DNA of 64,000 nucleotides from the human T2T-CHM13v2.0 reference genome, Homo sapiens. Of the stretch, positions 31,480 through 45,250 are shown piece by piece. Under the pieces are notes generated by a model, which worked only from the letters and a program-made list of their open reading frames with translations, had not been told where the DNA came from and did not search any database. A program made the translations under genes and the position numbers. Positions within the stretch are counted from its first letter, which is position 1. Each line of letters opens with the position of its first letter. The DNA lies in the NCBI GenBank assembly GCA_009914755.4, contig CP086569.2:22080001-22144000 (forward strand). Reading direction: 5' to 3'.

Positions 31480-34400
31480 ACCTCACCAGTATCTCTTATT
31501 TCCTGGCTTTTCAATAATTGCCCTTCTGACTATTGTGAGATGGTACCTCATTGTGGTTTGGATTTGCATTTCTCCAATAATCAGTGATGTGGAGCTTTGT
31601 TTCATATGTTTGTTGGCTGCATAAATGTCTTCCTTTGAGAAGTTTCTGATCATATGTTTTGCCCACTTTTTGGTGGGGTTGTTTTCACTTGAAAATTTCT
31701 TTATGTTTCTTGAAAATTATGGATATTAGACCTTTATCTGATGTGTAGACTACAAACATTTTCTACTACCCTGTAGGTTTCCTGTTCACTCTGATGATAG
31801 TTTCTTTTGTTGTGCAGAAACTCTTTAGTTTAATTAGGTTCCATTTGTCAATTGTGGCTTTTGTTGCAATTGCTTTTGGAATTTTTTTCATGAAGTATTT
31901 GCCCATGCCTATGTCCTGAATGGTGTTGCCTAGGCTTTCTTCTAATTTTTTTTTTATGGTTTTGATGGCTACATTTAAGTGTTTAATCCATCTTGAGTTA
32001 ATTATATAGGTGTAAGGAAGGGATTCAGTTTCCGTTTTCTGCATATAGCTAGCCAGTTTTCCCGTACCATTCTCTTGAATAGGAGATAATTTCCCCATTA
32101 CTTGTTTTCATCAGGTTTGTCAAAGATCAGATGGCTGTAGATGTGTGTTGTAATTTTTGAGGCCTCTGTTCTGCTACATTGTTAGACGTGCCATGCTTTT
32201 TGGTTTTGTAGCCTTGTAGTATAGTTTGAAGTCATACAGCATGATGACTCCGGCTTTGTTCTTTTTGCTTTGAATTGTCTTGACTATTGGGGGTCTTCTT
32301 TGATTCCAAATAAAATATAAAATAGTTTTTTTTTAATTCTGTGAAGAATGCCAATGGTAGTTTGATGGGAGTAGCATTGAATCTTAAATTACTTTTGGCA
32401 GTATGACCATTTTCAGGATATTGATTCTTACTATCTATGAGAATGTAATATTTTTCCATTTGTTTGTGTCCGCTCTCATTTCCTTGAAGAGTGGTTTGTA
32501 GTTCTGCTTAAAGAGGTCCTCCCCATCCCTTGTTAGCTATATTCTTAGGTATTTTATTCTTTTTGTATTGATTGTGAATGGGAGTTTATTCTGGATTTGT
32601 CTATCTGCTTATCTGTTGTAGTTGTAAAGGAATGCTTGTACTTTTTGAACATCACTTTTGTACCCTGAGACTTTACTAAAGTTGTTTATCAGTTTAAGGA
32701 GTTATTGGGCTGATCATGTCACCTGCAAACACAGAAAATTTGACTTCCTCTCTTTCTATTTAAATAACTTTTATTTCTTTCTCTTTTATGATTGCAGTGC
32801 TGAGAACTTCCAATATTATGTTAAATAGGAGTGGTTAGAAAGGACATCCTTGTCTTGTGCCATTTTTCAAAGGGAATACTTCCAGGTTTTGCCCATTTGG
32901 TATAATATTGGCTGTGGATTTGCCATAAATAGCTCTTATTATTTTGAGATATGTTCCATCATTATCAAGTTTACTGAGTGTTTTTTACATTAAGGGATGT
33001 CGAATTTTATTGAAGGCATTTTCTGGATATATTGAGATATTCATGTGGTTTCTGTCATTTGTTCTGTTTATGTGATAGATTACATTTATTGATTTGTGTA
33101 TGTTGAACCAGGCTTGCACCAAAAGGATGAAGCCAACTCGATCATGGCGGATAAGCTTTTTGATATGTTGCTGGATTTGGTTTGATGATATTTTATTGAG
33201 AATTTTTCATTGGTGTTCATCAGGTATATTGGCTTGATATTTTTATTGTTTTGTCTTTTCCTGGTTTGGGTATCAGGATGATTCTGGTCTCATAAAATGA
33301 GTTAGGGAGGAATCCCCCTTTTTCTATTGTTTGGAATAGTTTCAGAAAGAATAGTACTAACTTCTCTTTATACATCTGTTACAACATGACAGTGAATCCA
33401 TCTGGTCCTGGGCTTTTCTTAGTTGGTAGGCTATTCATGAGTGCCTCAAATTCAGAACTTGTTATTGGTCTATTCACGGATTTCACATCTTCCTGGTTTA
33501 GTCTTGGGAGGGAGTATGTGTCCAGGAATTTATCAATTTCTTTTAGATTTTCTAGTTTATTTGTGTAGAGGTGGTTATAGTATTCCCTGATGGTAGTTTG
33601 TATTTCCGTGAGATCAGTGGTGATATCTCCTTTATCATTTTTATTGTGTATATTTGATTCTTCTTTTATTATTTGTTAGTCTAGCTATGAGTCTATTTTG
33701 TTAATCTTGAAAAAATCTGGTGTATTCACTGAGTTTTTGAAGGGTTTTTTGTGTCTCTACCTTCTTCAATCCTGCTTTGATTTTACCTATTTCTTACTTC
33801 TTGTAGCTTTTGAATGTGTTTGCTCTTGCTTCTCTAATTCTTTTAATTATGATACTAAGTTGTCAATTTTGGACTTTTTTTGCTTTCTGACATGGGCAGT
33901 TAGTGGTATAAATTTCTCCCTTAACACTGCATTAGTTGCGTCCCAGAGAATCTGGTAAATTGTTTCTTTGTTCTCATTGATTTCAGAGAACTTCTTCATT
34001 TCTGCATTAATTTTATTTACCCTGTAGTCACTCAGGAACAGGTTGTTCAGTTTCCATGTAGTTGGTGGTTTTGAGTGAGTTTCTCAATCCTGAGTTCTAA
34101 TTTGATTGCTTTATGGTCTGAGAGACTGCTTGTTATGTTTTCAATTCTTCTGCGTTTGTTGAGGAGTGTTTTACTTCCAATTATGTGGTCGATTTTAGTA
34201 TAAGTGCTATGTAGTGCTGAGAAGAATGTATATTATGTTGATTTGGGACAGAGAGCTCTGTAGATGTCTATTAGATCTGCTTTGTCCAGAGCTGAGTTCG
34301 TGGGTTAAGTATTCTTGTTAATTTTCTGTTTCATTGAACTCTGTAATATTGACAATGGTGTGTTAAGGTCTCCCACTATTATTATGTGGGAGTTTCAGTA

Positions 34401-35475
34401 TTTTTGTAGATTTCTAAGAACTTATTTGATGAATCTGAGTGCTCCTGTAATAGGTGCATGTATATTTAGAATAGTTAATATTTCTCATTGCCTTGATCTC
34501 TTTACCATTATGTAATGCCATTCTTTGTCTTTTTTGATCTTTGGTGTTTTAAGGTCTTTTTTCTCAGAGACTGTGATTGCAACCCCTTTTTTTCTTTTGA
34601 TTTGCTTGGTAAATATTCCTCCATCCCTTTATTTTGAACCCATGTGTGTCTTTGCACATGAGATCGGTCTCCTGAACACAGCACACTGATGGGTCTTGAC
34701 TCTATATAATTTGCCAGTCTTTGTCCTTCAATTGGAGAATTTTGCCCATTAACATTTAAGATTAATACTGTTATGTTTGAATTTGATCCTTTCAACATAT
34801 GATCCCTTATTTTGAACATTAGTTGACGTGGTTTCTCCACAGCATCAACGGTCTTTACAATTTGGCATGGTACCGGTTGTTTCCTTCCATGTTTAATGCT
34901 TCCTTCAGGAGCGCTTGAAAGGCAGGCATAGTGGTGACAAAATCTGTAAGCATTTGCTTGTCTGTAAAGGATTTTATTTCTCCTTCACTTGTGAAGCTTA
35001 GTTTGGCTGGATATGAAATTCTGGGTTAAAAATGCTTTTCTTTAAGAATGTTGAATATTGGCCCCCACTCTCCTCTGGCTTATAGGGTTTCTGCTGAGAG
35101 ATCTGCTGTTAGTTGTACAGGCTTCCCTTTACAGTTGTACAGAACTTCCCTTCCCTTTATAGTTGTACAGGCTGTCCCTTCCCTTTATAGGTAACTCGAC
35201 CTTTCTCTCTGGCTGCCCTTAACACTTTTTCCTTCATTTCAACCTTAGTGGATCTGACAATTATATGTCTTGGGGTTGCTCTTCTTGAGGAGTATCTTAG
35301 TGGTGTTCCAGTTCCTGAATTTGAATGTTGGCCTTTTTTGCTAGGTTGGGGAAGTTCTTCTGGATAGTATACTGAAGTGTGTTTTTCAACTTGTTATCAT
35401 TCTCCTCAACACTTTCCCATACACCAATCAATCACAGGTGTGGTCTTTTCCAATAGCCCCATATTTCTTGGAGGT
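31480..35475 (-). mobile_element. Older L1PA-like L1 (minus orientation), 3' portion: ORF2 (the endonuclease N-terminus ends near 34840) and the ORF1 C-terminus up to the provirus insertion point. The 3' end and 3'UTR are not recognisable.
   Basis: …ttgtgagatggtacctcattgtggtttggatttgcatttctc… is the reverse complement of the L1 ORF2 sequence. Minus-strand ORFs 31766..32098 and 34508..34840 translate as L1 ORF2 (…NGQNSPIEGQRLANYI… endonuclease N-terminus). 35400-35475 encodes the ORF1 motif NEQ.LQEIW on the minus strand. Confidence 0.8.
35111..35190. repeat. Three tandem copies of a 22-30-bp unit (agttgtacag…cttccctt…) inside antisense L1 ORF1
   Basis: agttgtacaggcttccctttac | agttgtacagaacttcccttccctttat | agttgtacaggctgtcccttccctttatag. 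Confidence 0.7.
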
Positions 35476-35965
35476 TTTGTTCATTTGTAGTGGGAAATCA
35501 GAGAACCAGAGAGACCAATCGGGTCACAGAAGGATTTATTATTTAGGGTGTACCCCAACTCTGTGGACTAGCATCCAGAAAAAGTGTGAGCACCAAACAA
35601 ACAAGGCAAGTGCCTTTTATGCATCTTAAGGCAGGCAGTACACGAGGCAGGAAGCAGGCTTACAGAAGTGAGAACAAAAAGCAGTCAGTCACATTATGAC
35701 GTGTCTTACATCTTTGGAAAAACATGTTTTGCAGCTAGTGCTTATCTATCTTGTGACCTTTCAGTTGTTCAGCAGAAAAACAGGAACTTAACAGAACTTA
35801 CAAAATATGCAGAGGGTAGATTATGGATAACGTTTCACAGAGAAGCAGTTAGTATTCTTTCTTAACTCCTACTTCAGTGGTGGGGGGCTACTTGAGGCCT
35901 ATTTTATTCTAACTCTAACAACAATTTTTATGCAAGTTTTAACTTTCCTTTAATTCTGTACTTCA
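35476..35965 (-). mobile_element. 3' LTR of the provirus (provirus sense)
   Basis: Direct repeat of 44474-45246 (about 85-90% identity by eye). It runs tgtagtgggaaatcagagaacc … ctgtacttca. A PPT sits immediately upstream in provirus sense. Confidence 0.75.
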
Positions 35966-35986
35966 TTTCCCCCTTTGATGCTTTTT
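35966..35986 (-). promoter_or_regulatory. Polypurine tract (minus strand AAAAAGCATCAAAGGGGGAAA) abutting the 3' LTR
   Basis: Plus strand tttccccctttgatgcttttt lies immediately next to the LTR terminal …CA/TG. Confidence 0.7.
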
Positions 35987-36028
35987 ATGAATGAATTTTT
36001 AATAGAAAGCACCACTATCATCTATTTC

Positions 36029-38155
36029 TCAATGGGATGGCACACTTTCTTCTCTAGATAGAGGATAGTGTTTACTTAAAGCCATCATTTGGGTGGTGGT
36101 TTGCCTTGTCACAATTGCTTTTATACTTGACTGAATGCTTCTGATCAAAAGAGGCAGGAGAGAAGGGAGTATTAGACACCCACTTAAGATAACTACAAAG
36201 CAGTCTGTTATGGTTTTAAATCCACAAAAAGATGAAAAACATCCTCCGAAGAAGGAGTCTGGAGACCAGCCTTTCCTGATTTGCACTGGAACATGAGCCA
36301 GCTTTCACATCTTTGCAGTAATCTTTATGACAAGTTGTTCATTATCATCAATTTCCAGACATTTGTTAAACTGAACTTCCCACATACTGTCCTTTCTGAG
36401 GCCAGGAGTTAATCTAGTACCAACCTATTTTGATAAATAGTTTATCTCCTCTGTGTGGCTTGCACGGCCACCAAACCTAAAGCCCTTGATGTTTCCTTGG
36501 TTATAATTTCAAGAACAGCTTGTAACCTTATGACATGGCTGATCATGTAAATGAGGGTATGATATCCCCACATTCCATCTTCTGCCCAGGTGGCTTGCCC
36601 ATAGTATTTAATAATTCTTTCAGGAGGCCATTCATTACATTTCCAGTATCATATATCTATATCCTTTTTGAAGTTTGTTCTATTTTTGAGACTAACAACA
36701 AAATAAAATAACCTCCTGGTTCATTTTTATTCTCATCATAAACTGTATACCCTGAAGTCTCACCCTGCTTTAGGGGGGTTAAGAAAGAGAAAGGCCTAAT
36801 TATTTTTAATACATTGGCCCCTGACCACTTAGGCAGCAGTTTCTGATATGCCTATGTTCCACAGATGCAATGGAGGCCAGAGGGTACTTGCCAAGAATTT
36901 GGATCCTCAAGCTGATACCAAGAATGGTGCGAGGTGGGAAACTGAGAAAAGGGGTTAAAATTAGATAAGGAGGAATCATTTTTTGTACTCCTCCATGGAA
37001 TTTTCCTTCAGTTCTATTATAATATTTTTGCCCTAAGCAAGTTAATTATCCTACTACATCTGTAAATGCTTCTCCTCAATGGATGATACAGTACCTTCAA
37101 ATTATGGAGGTATTCAGTATCCACACGCTGGCTGAGTCTATTGGTTCATTGGTGGATTTAGGAAGAGTGAAATTATCTTGAGGCATTAATTCTTTTGCCT
37201 CCCATGGCCATTGGTCTTCTACATTTGTTCCTCCACAAACATAACAGGAAGTAATTCCTAAACTGCCAGTTATGTTTTCAGCTAGCTGGGCAAATAAGTT
37301 TTTGGTTGGAGGAGGTGGCTCAGATACCTTCTGGTTGGAATATTTATAAAATGACATGAAGACTAGAACTGAGGTATTGGCTGTTTTGTTTGTTTTCTTA
37401 ATAATAAATAGCTAGATTTCCATGGCTGCCTTTTGATCAGCAACTCCTAACATTATGGGATATCCTGTAGTCCATATGAGTTCATTTGGCTTTAAGATAG
37501 TAAAATTCACAGTACTACAGGAACATGTTTTCCAATTACAGTGAGGTTTGGCTAGCATTCTGGTAAGTAGAGCCTCCTCTAATGGGTTGTGTAACCATGT
37601 TGAGCAGCTCCAGCATCCAATCATCACTAGGTATCTGGCAGAGCAAATGGAGGGTGCACATCCAGTGGTATGACAACTGCTAAGGTAACCTTCAGGGTCA
37701 GAGATAATAATTAAGTGAGTGGACACCGTGAAAGTGTGTTGGCAGAGGTTAAGATATAAGGATGTGGCATCTATGCCAAGGGAAAAACCCTTATTTTGAT
37801 TCAAAAGATCCCCATCTTTTATTTTTGCATGAGACTCAAACTAGAATTCTGTGAGTGGAGTCTTAGGGTCATAACATATATATGGTTTGTTATTTCCTGG
37901 GTCATAAATTGAATATGTTATTTGGTCATGTACACAGGTACCCAAATGTGCCCTGGCACACATGTAATGAGTATGATATAGGAGAGTTTTAGTTAAAGTT
38001 CTTCCAGACTTTGTGGTATGAGTGCAGTGGGGGCACCATTCCAGGTGCTTTCTCTTTGCCATAGGCAGTGGTAGTAGCAAAATAAAAATAAGGAGTGGTA
38101 TGTTTACACAAAGTATGGACAAAAAAGGTCCTTTCCTGGGAGGAGGGACTGGCAA
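36029..38155 (-). pseudogene. env-derived region (SU and TM), degenerate
   Basis: Minus ORFs 37841..38155 (hydrophobic signal-peptide-like N-terminus), 37412..37804 and 37097..37357 (Cys-rich SU-like), and 36029..36286 with …SGCLILPSLLPLLIRSIQSSIKAIVTRQ…, which resembles the MLV TM cytoplasmic tail (…[28 protein letters not shown]…). Stops and frameshifts lie between the fragments. Confidence 0.6.
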
Positions 38156-38313
38156 AAATTATAGCATAGCAACAGAACAAGTAATATTACTAAGATAGCA
38201 ACTAAACTTAATACTTCTATCCACATTTACTCATCTGAGGAAGACTCTTCAAGCTTCAGCCGTGCATAGACTAGTCAGCTTGTGGTGTGACTAGGGCAGG
38301 GCTTGAAGTTTCC

Positions 38314-41300
38314 TCAAGCTTCAGCCATGTGTAGACTGTCCAGCCTCTGGAGTGGACAGAGCAGAGTGGTTGTCCTTCTCAGCATGACTTGGTTCCATCG
38401 CAAGATCAGCCCTGTTGGGTGGTCTGGGTCTTCCTGACTGGTCCACTTGTCCAGTGCTGCCAATTTTGGCCAACTGTGGTGGACCCACAGTATGATACCT
38501 GCAACTTTAACAGCTGTGGAAGTAGACAAGATTACAGCATGGGGCCCATCCCATAAGGGTCCTAGAGTAGTTGGATTCTGTTTCATAACTCAAACCAGGT
38601 CCCCAGATTTGAGCGGGCATATTGGGTCTGTTAGACTTACAGGCATCATTTCCCGTACCCAGCCATGGACTTTCTGCATAGCTAGACCTAAGGCCTCTAT
38701 TTGCCTGGTTAAGTTTAATTCCCCTAAATCATGGAGGTCACCTTTAACCTGAGTTATGCTGGGGGTGGTCTGCTGAACAAAATCTCCCAAGGTGAATACC
38801 CAGTTTGTTTGGTAGTGGGGCACCTGACTCAGAGGAGGACTCCGGGCAAAACCTGATCCCACCTGAGATGAGTTTCTTGACAGAATTTCTTCAGTAGTTG
38901 CTTGAGTGTTTGGTTCATCCACTCTACTTTTCCTGAGCTTTGCAGGTGGTAGGCAGTGTGCCACTTCAATTTTATTTTTAGTAGTTGTGTTAGCTGCTGT
39001 ACAATCTCAGCCACAAATGCCTGGCCATTTTCTGATCCTATAGTTACAGGCAGTCCAAATCTAGGAATGCAGTCTTTTAACTGCACTCTAGTTACTTCCC
39101 ATGCCTTTTCTGTCCTGTTTGGGAAAACCTCAACCCACAGTGAAAAGGTGCAAACAAGCACTAGTAGGTACCAGTGGCCCCCAGCCTGGGGCAGTTTGGT
39201 AAAGTCTACAAGTAAATTTTCACAAGGTGTAGCTCTGATTTCTGAACTGCTGGGGGCCAGGTTGGCCCCTGCCATGGGTTGTTTTGAGGACAAATCAGAC
39301 ATTGCTCACAGATGGCTCAAGTGATGGGGCTAAGTCTTTGCACATAAAAGTGCCATCCTAGCAAGGTTTCTAGTGCTGTCTTCCCATGTGGGTTCCTTGG
39401 TGGAACTGATTTACAAATCTGGGAGTCATCATCTCAGGTATGGCTAGCCTCCCATCAGAGAACTTCCATCATCCTCCCTCAGTGTAGTTTCCATTTTCCT
39501 GAGCAAAACAACTCCTTTCATTTAGAGTGTAACTTGGGATCTCTGGGAGGGAAATCTCTGGGAAGAGAGGCATTGCTAGGGCTCCCTCTTTAGGAGGAAA
39601 AGTGGCCATTGATGCCCATTGTGCCTTTTTATCTGCTTTTCTGTTTGCTTTTGCTTCAAAATTTCTGATGCTTTATGTCCCTTGCAGTGAATGACAGCCA
39701 CCTTTTCTGGGGCCCACGCAGCATCTAAGAGTTGTAGAATTTTCTCTTTATTTTTTATCTCCTTTCTTCCTGCAGTTAAAAGTCCTCTTTCTTTATATAT
39801 GGCCCCATGAGCAAGCAGTGTCACAAAGGCATACTTAAAGTCAGTATAACTGTTAACCACTTTTCCTCTGGCCAACAGTAGGGCTCTTGTTGGAGCTGTT
39901 AGCTCTGCTTTCTGAGCAGATTTCCTAGCAGGCAGAGGCTGAGCCTCTACCACTGAGTCCCAGGTTACTACTGTATATGCAGGTTACTGGATCCCTTCTG
40001 AGATAAAACTGCTCCCATCCATGAAGTACTCAACATCTGGGCCAACAAGGGGCTGGTCTGTTAAGTCTTTTCAGCTACAGAATAATTCCTCCACTACATC
40101 CACACAATAGTGATAGGGAATGGAATCTTTTGGCCTTTTTATGGGTAGCAGAGTGGCTGGGTTTAAAGAAATAACAGTTCCTATGATTACATAAAGATTT
40201 TCAGATAAGAGTCCTTGATATCTATCTGGTAATTCTTGGGTTTGACAACCAATAATGTCCCCTTTGATCCATCAAGATGATAACTGTGTGGGGTACTCTG
40301 ATGATTAGTTTTTGTCCTAAGGTCAATTTATTGGCTTCTTGTGACAAAAGGGTTGTAGCAGCTGATGTCTTAAAGCAAGGGGGCCAGCTTAGCACCAAAG
40401 GGTCCAGCTGTTTGGATAAATACACCGCTGGTATATGCCATGACCCCATCATTTGAGTCAGGATCCCTACAGCCACTTCCTTCCATTCATAGACATATAG
40501 GAAGAAAGGCTTAGTCTGATCTGGCAGTCCTAAGGCCAGGGCCTGGATTAAAGCCCTTTTGATCCCTTGTAAGCTTTTTCCTGATTGGCTTCCCAAAGAA
40601 GGGGCTCTTTTTCCCCACTCTGTGGCTTCATACAGCAATTTTGCCATAAGTAAAAAATTTGGAATGTAGATGTGGCAGAAACCTGCTGCTCCTAGGAATT
40701 CCCTTATTTGGCACCCAGTGGTTGGGATGGTACTGCACAAACAGTCCGCTTTCGCTCACTGCCAAGCTCACATTTCCCTTCACTTATTTCAAAACCTAGA
40801 TATATGACTCCTTCTGAACAGATGTGTGCCTTTTTCTTGGATACTTTATATTTGGCCTTCCACAAAAGGTGGAGGAGTTTCTCAGTGCCCTGAAGGCAAT
40901 CCACCTGAGTGGGGACCATAAATAGGAGGTTATCTATGAACTGCAGTCAGAAGCATTTGTCATTAGGTGGAATGAAAGCTCCTGAGATCTGATGCTAGCA
41001 CTTCTCCAAAGATTGTAGGGGAGTTCTTAAACCCTCGTGGGAGCCTTGTCCAAGTATACTGTGTTTCTCCCCAATGAAATGCAAAGATAGGTCAGCTCAC
41101 TGGCACCAGCTGGAGACAAAAGAATGCATCCTTTAGGTAGAAGAAAATAAACCAGGCTGCACTAGCTGGTATTTGTCCTAACAAGGTGTATGGGTTGGGC
41201 ACTACTGGATAGATTGTCTCTGTGACCTGGTTTATGGCACGCAAATCCTGCACTGGCCCATATTCCCCAGATGGCTTTCATACTGGCAACAGAGGAGTGG

Positions 41301-41703
41301 TCCAAACTTATCTGCATTTAACTATGATTCTATTCTTGAAAAGCCAGTCTATATGCTTTTGAACACCTTGGATGGCTTATATGAAAATCAGTTACTGACA
41401 AACTCATACCAGGGTGGCTCCTGGTTTTAACTCTACTAAGACTGGTGCCTGATTTACAGCCAATCCAGGTGGATTGTTTTCCGCCCATACTCTAGGTATT
41501 TTGGTAACTAGCCCATACTTCTCAAGAGGTCCTAGCAGTCCTTGCTTAAGTGGTACTTGTGCATATAGCCTCCATTCCTCAGCTTTTGGCAGTGTGAGGG
41601 TTAACACCATAGCTTTTGGTTGACGTAAGTTTAAATACATATTTCCTTGTGGTGCAAAGGAAATGTGTGCCTGTAGTATTTGGAGCAAGTTTTTCCCTAG
41701 CAA
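38314..41703 (-). pseudogene. pol-derived region (RT, RNase H, integrase), degenerate; the RT active-site YVDD motif is mutated to FIDN
   Basis: 41404..41703 is the RT N-terminus (…WAENNPPGLAVNQAPVLVELKPGATLV). 40222..40946 is RT palm/thumb ([22 protein letters not shown]…LQFIDNLLFMVPTQVDCLQGT…YLGFEISEGK… and [10 protein letters not shown]…) against MLV (…[22 protein letters not shown]…LLQYVDDLLLAA…YLGYLLKEGQR). 39576..39953 is RNase H (…SAQKAELTA…GKVVNSYTDFKYAF…). 38829..39302 is the IN core (…VDFTKLPQAGGHWYLLVLVCTFSLWVEVFP…WHTAYHLQSSGKVEWMNQTLK…). 38314..38586 is the IN C-terminus. Confidence 0.85.
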
Positions 41704-42163
41704 AGAAACTTGACAATTTGTAAGGTATAGAAACTCATGGTGGACTTCTCATCCTCCAATAATGCAACCCCTTGACCAGCAAAAAGGCCTTTTTCTGAAA
41801 CTCCAGATCCCCTGAAAATAGTGGTATAATTCTTAGATAGTAGCCCTATGGGTTGGGTAACTACTCAGTGTTTAGCTCTGGTATCTACCATAAAGTCCAT
41901 CCATTGGTCCCCTCTCTCCACTGTGACCATAGGCTCCTGGTGGCCCAAAGAGATGGAGAAACAGTCTGTCTCAGTCCTCCACAGTCTCTGCCAGGCTGAT
42001 CAAGTTGGCATCCGGTTTCAGAACACAATGACTTACAGCTGGTAGCTCTGGCCAAGCTCCCTGGTCACAGATATTGCCCTTATCCTTCTCTGGACATTCA
42101 TCCTTCCAATGTGCTTTCTTTTTGCGTAATGCACACTAATCCCTCTCCAGCCTTCTCTGGCCT

Positions 42164-43689
42164 TCAAATCCGGGCCACTTTGACCTCTTCATAACCATGA
42201 CCATGACCACATCCTTGTCCCCTTACAATGCTAGTTTCTATTTCAACAACGGCTGCCACCAGTAGCTCGGCCTTTTTCTTAATCATCTGCTTAGCCTCCT
42301 TCCTTTCCTCCTGATCGTGGTTAACACATACTTTGGTGGATACTTCTATTAGCTGGGTGGCATTCATGCCTGCAAAACCTTCAAGATCCCAAAGCTTTTG
42401 TTTAATGTCTGCCTGTGCCTGACTAACAAATGACATATTCACCATGCACTGATTCTCTCTGTAGCCTCGGGGTCAAATGGGCTATAGAGCTGGTATGCCT
42501 CACAGAGACTCTCATAGGACTGACTTGGGCTCTCATCAGCCTTTTTAAGGACCTCTGAAATTTTTCCTATGTTCATTGCCTTTTTCCCTTCAGCTTTTAT
42601 CCCATTTAAGAGTGCTTCCTGATATCTCTGCAGGCAGAGCTGCTCTTTTGCCTCATTTGGGTTCCAATTTGGGTCTGTCTCTGAGAACTGTTCCTGGGCA
42701 TACCACCAGACATCATGTGTGCCATCAGGTGCATTGTTCTCTATCCACTGGAGGGCCTCTTTGGACACCCTCTGATGCTCCTTTGTATTGAACCATGTCA
42801 GAAGGAGCTGCTGGCAGTCTGGCCAGGTAGAATTGCGAGTCAGAAAAATGGACCGCAACAGGTCTATTACAGACTGGGGCTTCTCTGTATAGGATGGAGT
42901 ATGCTGTTCCCCATTTAGGTGGTCTGTGATGGAGAAAGGCTGGTAGACAAAAATTCACTGCCCACCCCGGACCCGGCCTTGTTCATAATAATACGTCTGT
43001 GCTCGAGTCTCATGGAAGAGCATTTGCAAGGCTTGGGTGCAGCCTGACCAGAAGTGGCTTGCTGTTTAATCCTGCCTTTCCTCTTTGGTTTTTATGGGCA
43101 GGGGCTCAGGATCCCCTCCATGGGGTTATGCTGCTTGAGACTCACTTTTCTCTGAGCCTGATTCCTCGAGGGCCATTTGCTTTCTGCCTTGTCTTAGCCC
43201 TGACAAGGATGGGTGTATTGGAGCATAAGAAGGAGGAAACTTTCTTTCCTTGGAAAGCGTTTGGAAGACTGTTTTTTCCTGACTACTCTGTTGCTTTTTC
43301 TTCTCCTCTGAGGCTCCTATTGAGATAGACTTCTCAACTTCCTTAGGTATAGCTCAGGCTACCAGAGACTTACAATAACTTGTCAAATAAGGTTGTATCC
43401 ATTTGGGATGTGTTAGAACCATGTTCAACCAGGAATCAATATATGGGAACTGATCTAGATTCCCAGGCTGTTCTCCAACCCCTGTCACTTCCTTAAACAC
43501 ATGGCCAATTTCTTCCCTATCTATTGTGTCTTTGGCAGGCCACACAACATTAAAAGAAGGCCAGTCTAATTCACAGAGAGTTCTCAACCTTTGGGGGGTC
43601 AGTTTTACCCCATAATCTCCTCCAAAGCGTTTCCCAGAATTATTTAACATGCACTCCAATGGAGAAGCTTTTGATGATTTTCCTCCCAT
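42164..43689 (-). pseudogene. gag-derived region (MA, p12-like, CA), degenerate
   Basis: 43354..43710 (start MGGKSSKA… then …DWPSFNVVWPAKDTIDREEIGHVFKEV…PGNLDQFPYIDSW…) resembles MLV MA (…[24 protein letters not shown]…HPDQVPYIVTW…). 42439..42858 and 42164..42445 are CA-like (…FITQSQADIKQKL…, …DQEERKEAKQMIKKKAELLV…). Confidence 0.75.
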
Positions 43690-44450
43690 TCCTCCTTTTA
43701 TGACACACACTCACTCTACCTTTTGTTACAGACTGATCAGACTGGTTCCTATTACGGGAATTTCATGCACTGCTTAGCTAGGACAGTATCGTATTCCCAC
43801 TGCAGCTGCTGCAGCTGTAGGGCAGCTCCTGTCAGCCTTATACAGATCGCTCTAGATCTGGTCAGCCACACACTGGCTCCAGAGCCCACAGTCCACATTA
43901 AGAGATCTGTGCCTTCACCTGTCATGCCCCATGTTGGCCCTTCCCAGAACTGTCTCTTTAATGTGCTTTCACATGCCTCTTCACTCCCAGTTCACGTTTT
44001 TTAATTAGGGTGGCAACTCATTCTTGCTACGTCTAGTTTCAGTTTTTATTTTCCTAAACTGACTTAGTGAGCCTCTTTCATGTGCTGTGACAGTTAGGTT
44101 GTAAGTTTCATCCAAACTGGCAGGTCACTCCCACTTTCCTCAGCCCCTCTGTGTTAGACGAGTAGTCACACCCTGGGAAGTGATTAGGCCCCCGTTTCAT
44201 CCTTATGGGATGGGTCTTGACTTGGGGCTTCAGGCCTTACCACGTTTTTGAAGAATGCACGCAGCTCCTGGAATTGTCCTGTAGCCCCTTTGCCAGTTCC
44301 ATTGTGCTGTTAGGGAAGGGCACCGGGATGCAGGAGAGCTGGTCTCCTCTCCAGTCTGAAGTTCTCCTGTCAGTGCCTAGGATTTCAGGTATCCCCTGCT
44401 CTTGGGCTCCAGTCCTATGGGCAAAGGAGACAGAACATTTGCCATCTCCA

Positions 44451-44469
44451 ATCCTGGATGAGCCCCTAG
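44451..44469 (-). promoter_or_regulatory. Primer-binding site, tRNA-Pro type (diverged): minus strand CTAGGGGCTCATCCAGGAT
   Basis: Provirus sense reads …LTR-CA|TTTT|CTAGGGGCTCATCCAGGAT. This matches the MLV arrangement …CA|TT|TGGGGGCTCGTCCGGGAT (15/18 bases). Confidence 0.6.
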
Positions 44470-44473
44470 AAAA

Positions 44474-45246
<773 letters not shown>

Positions 45247-45250
45247 CATT

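Noticed and set aside
38447-39324. Plus-strand ORFs of 101-122 aa inside the provirus
   Set aside because: They are antisense to clearly recognisable IN and RT coding frames and show no similarity to anything. They are chance ORFs opposite a real (decayed) coding region.
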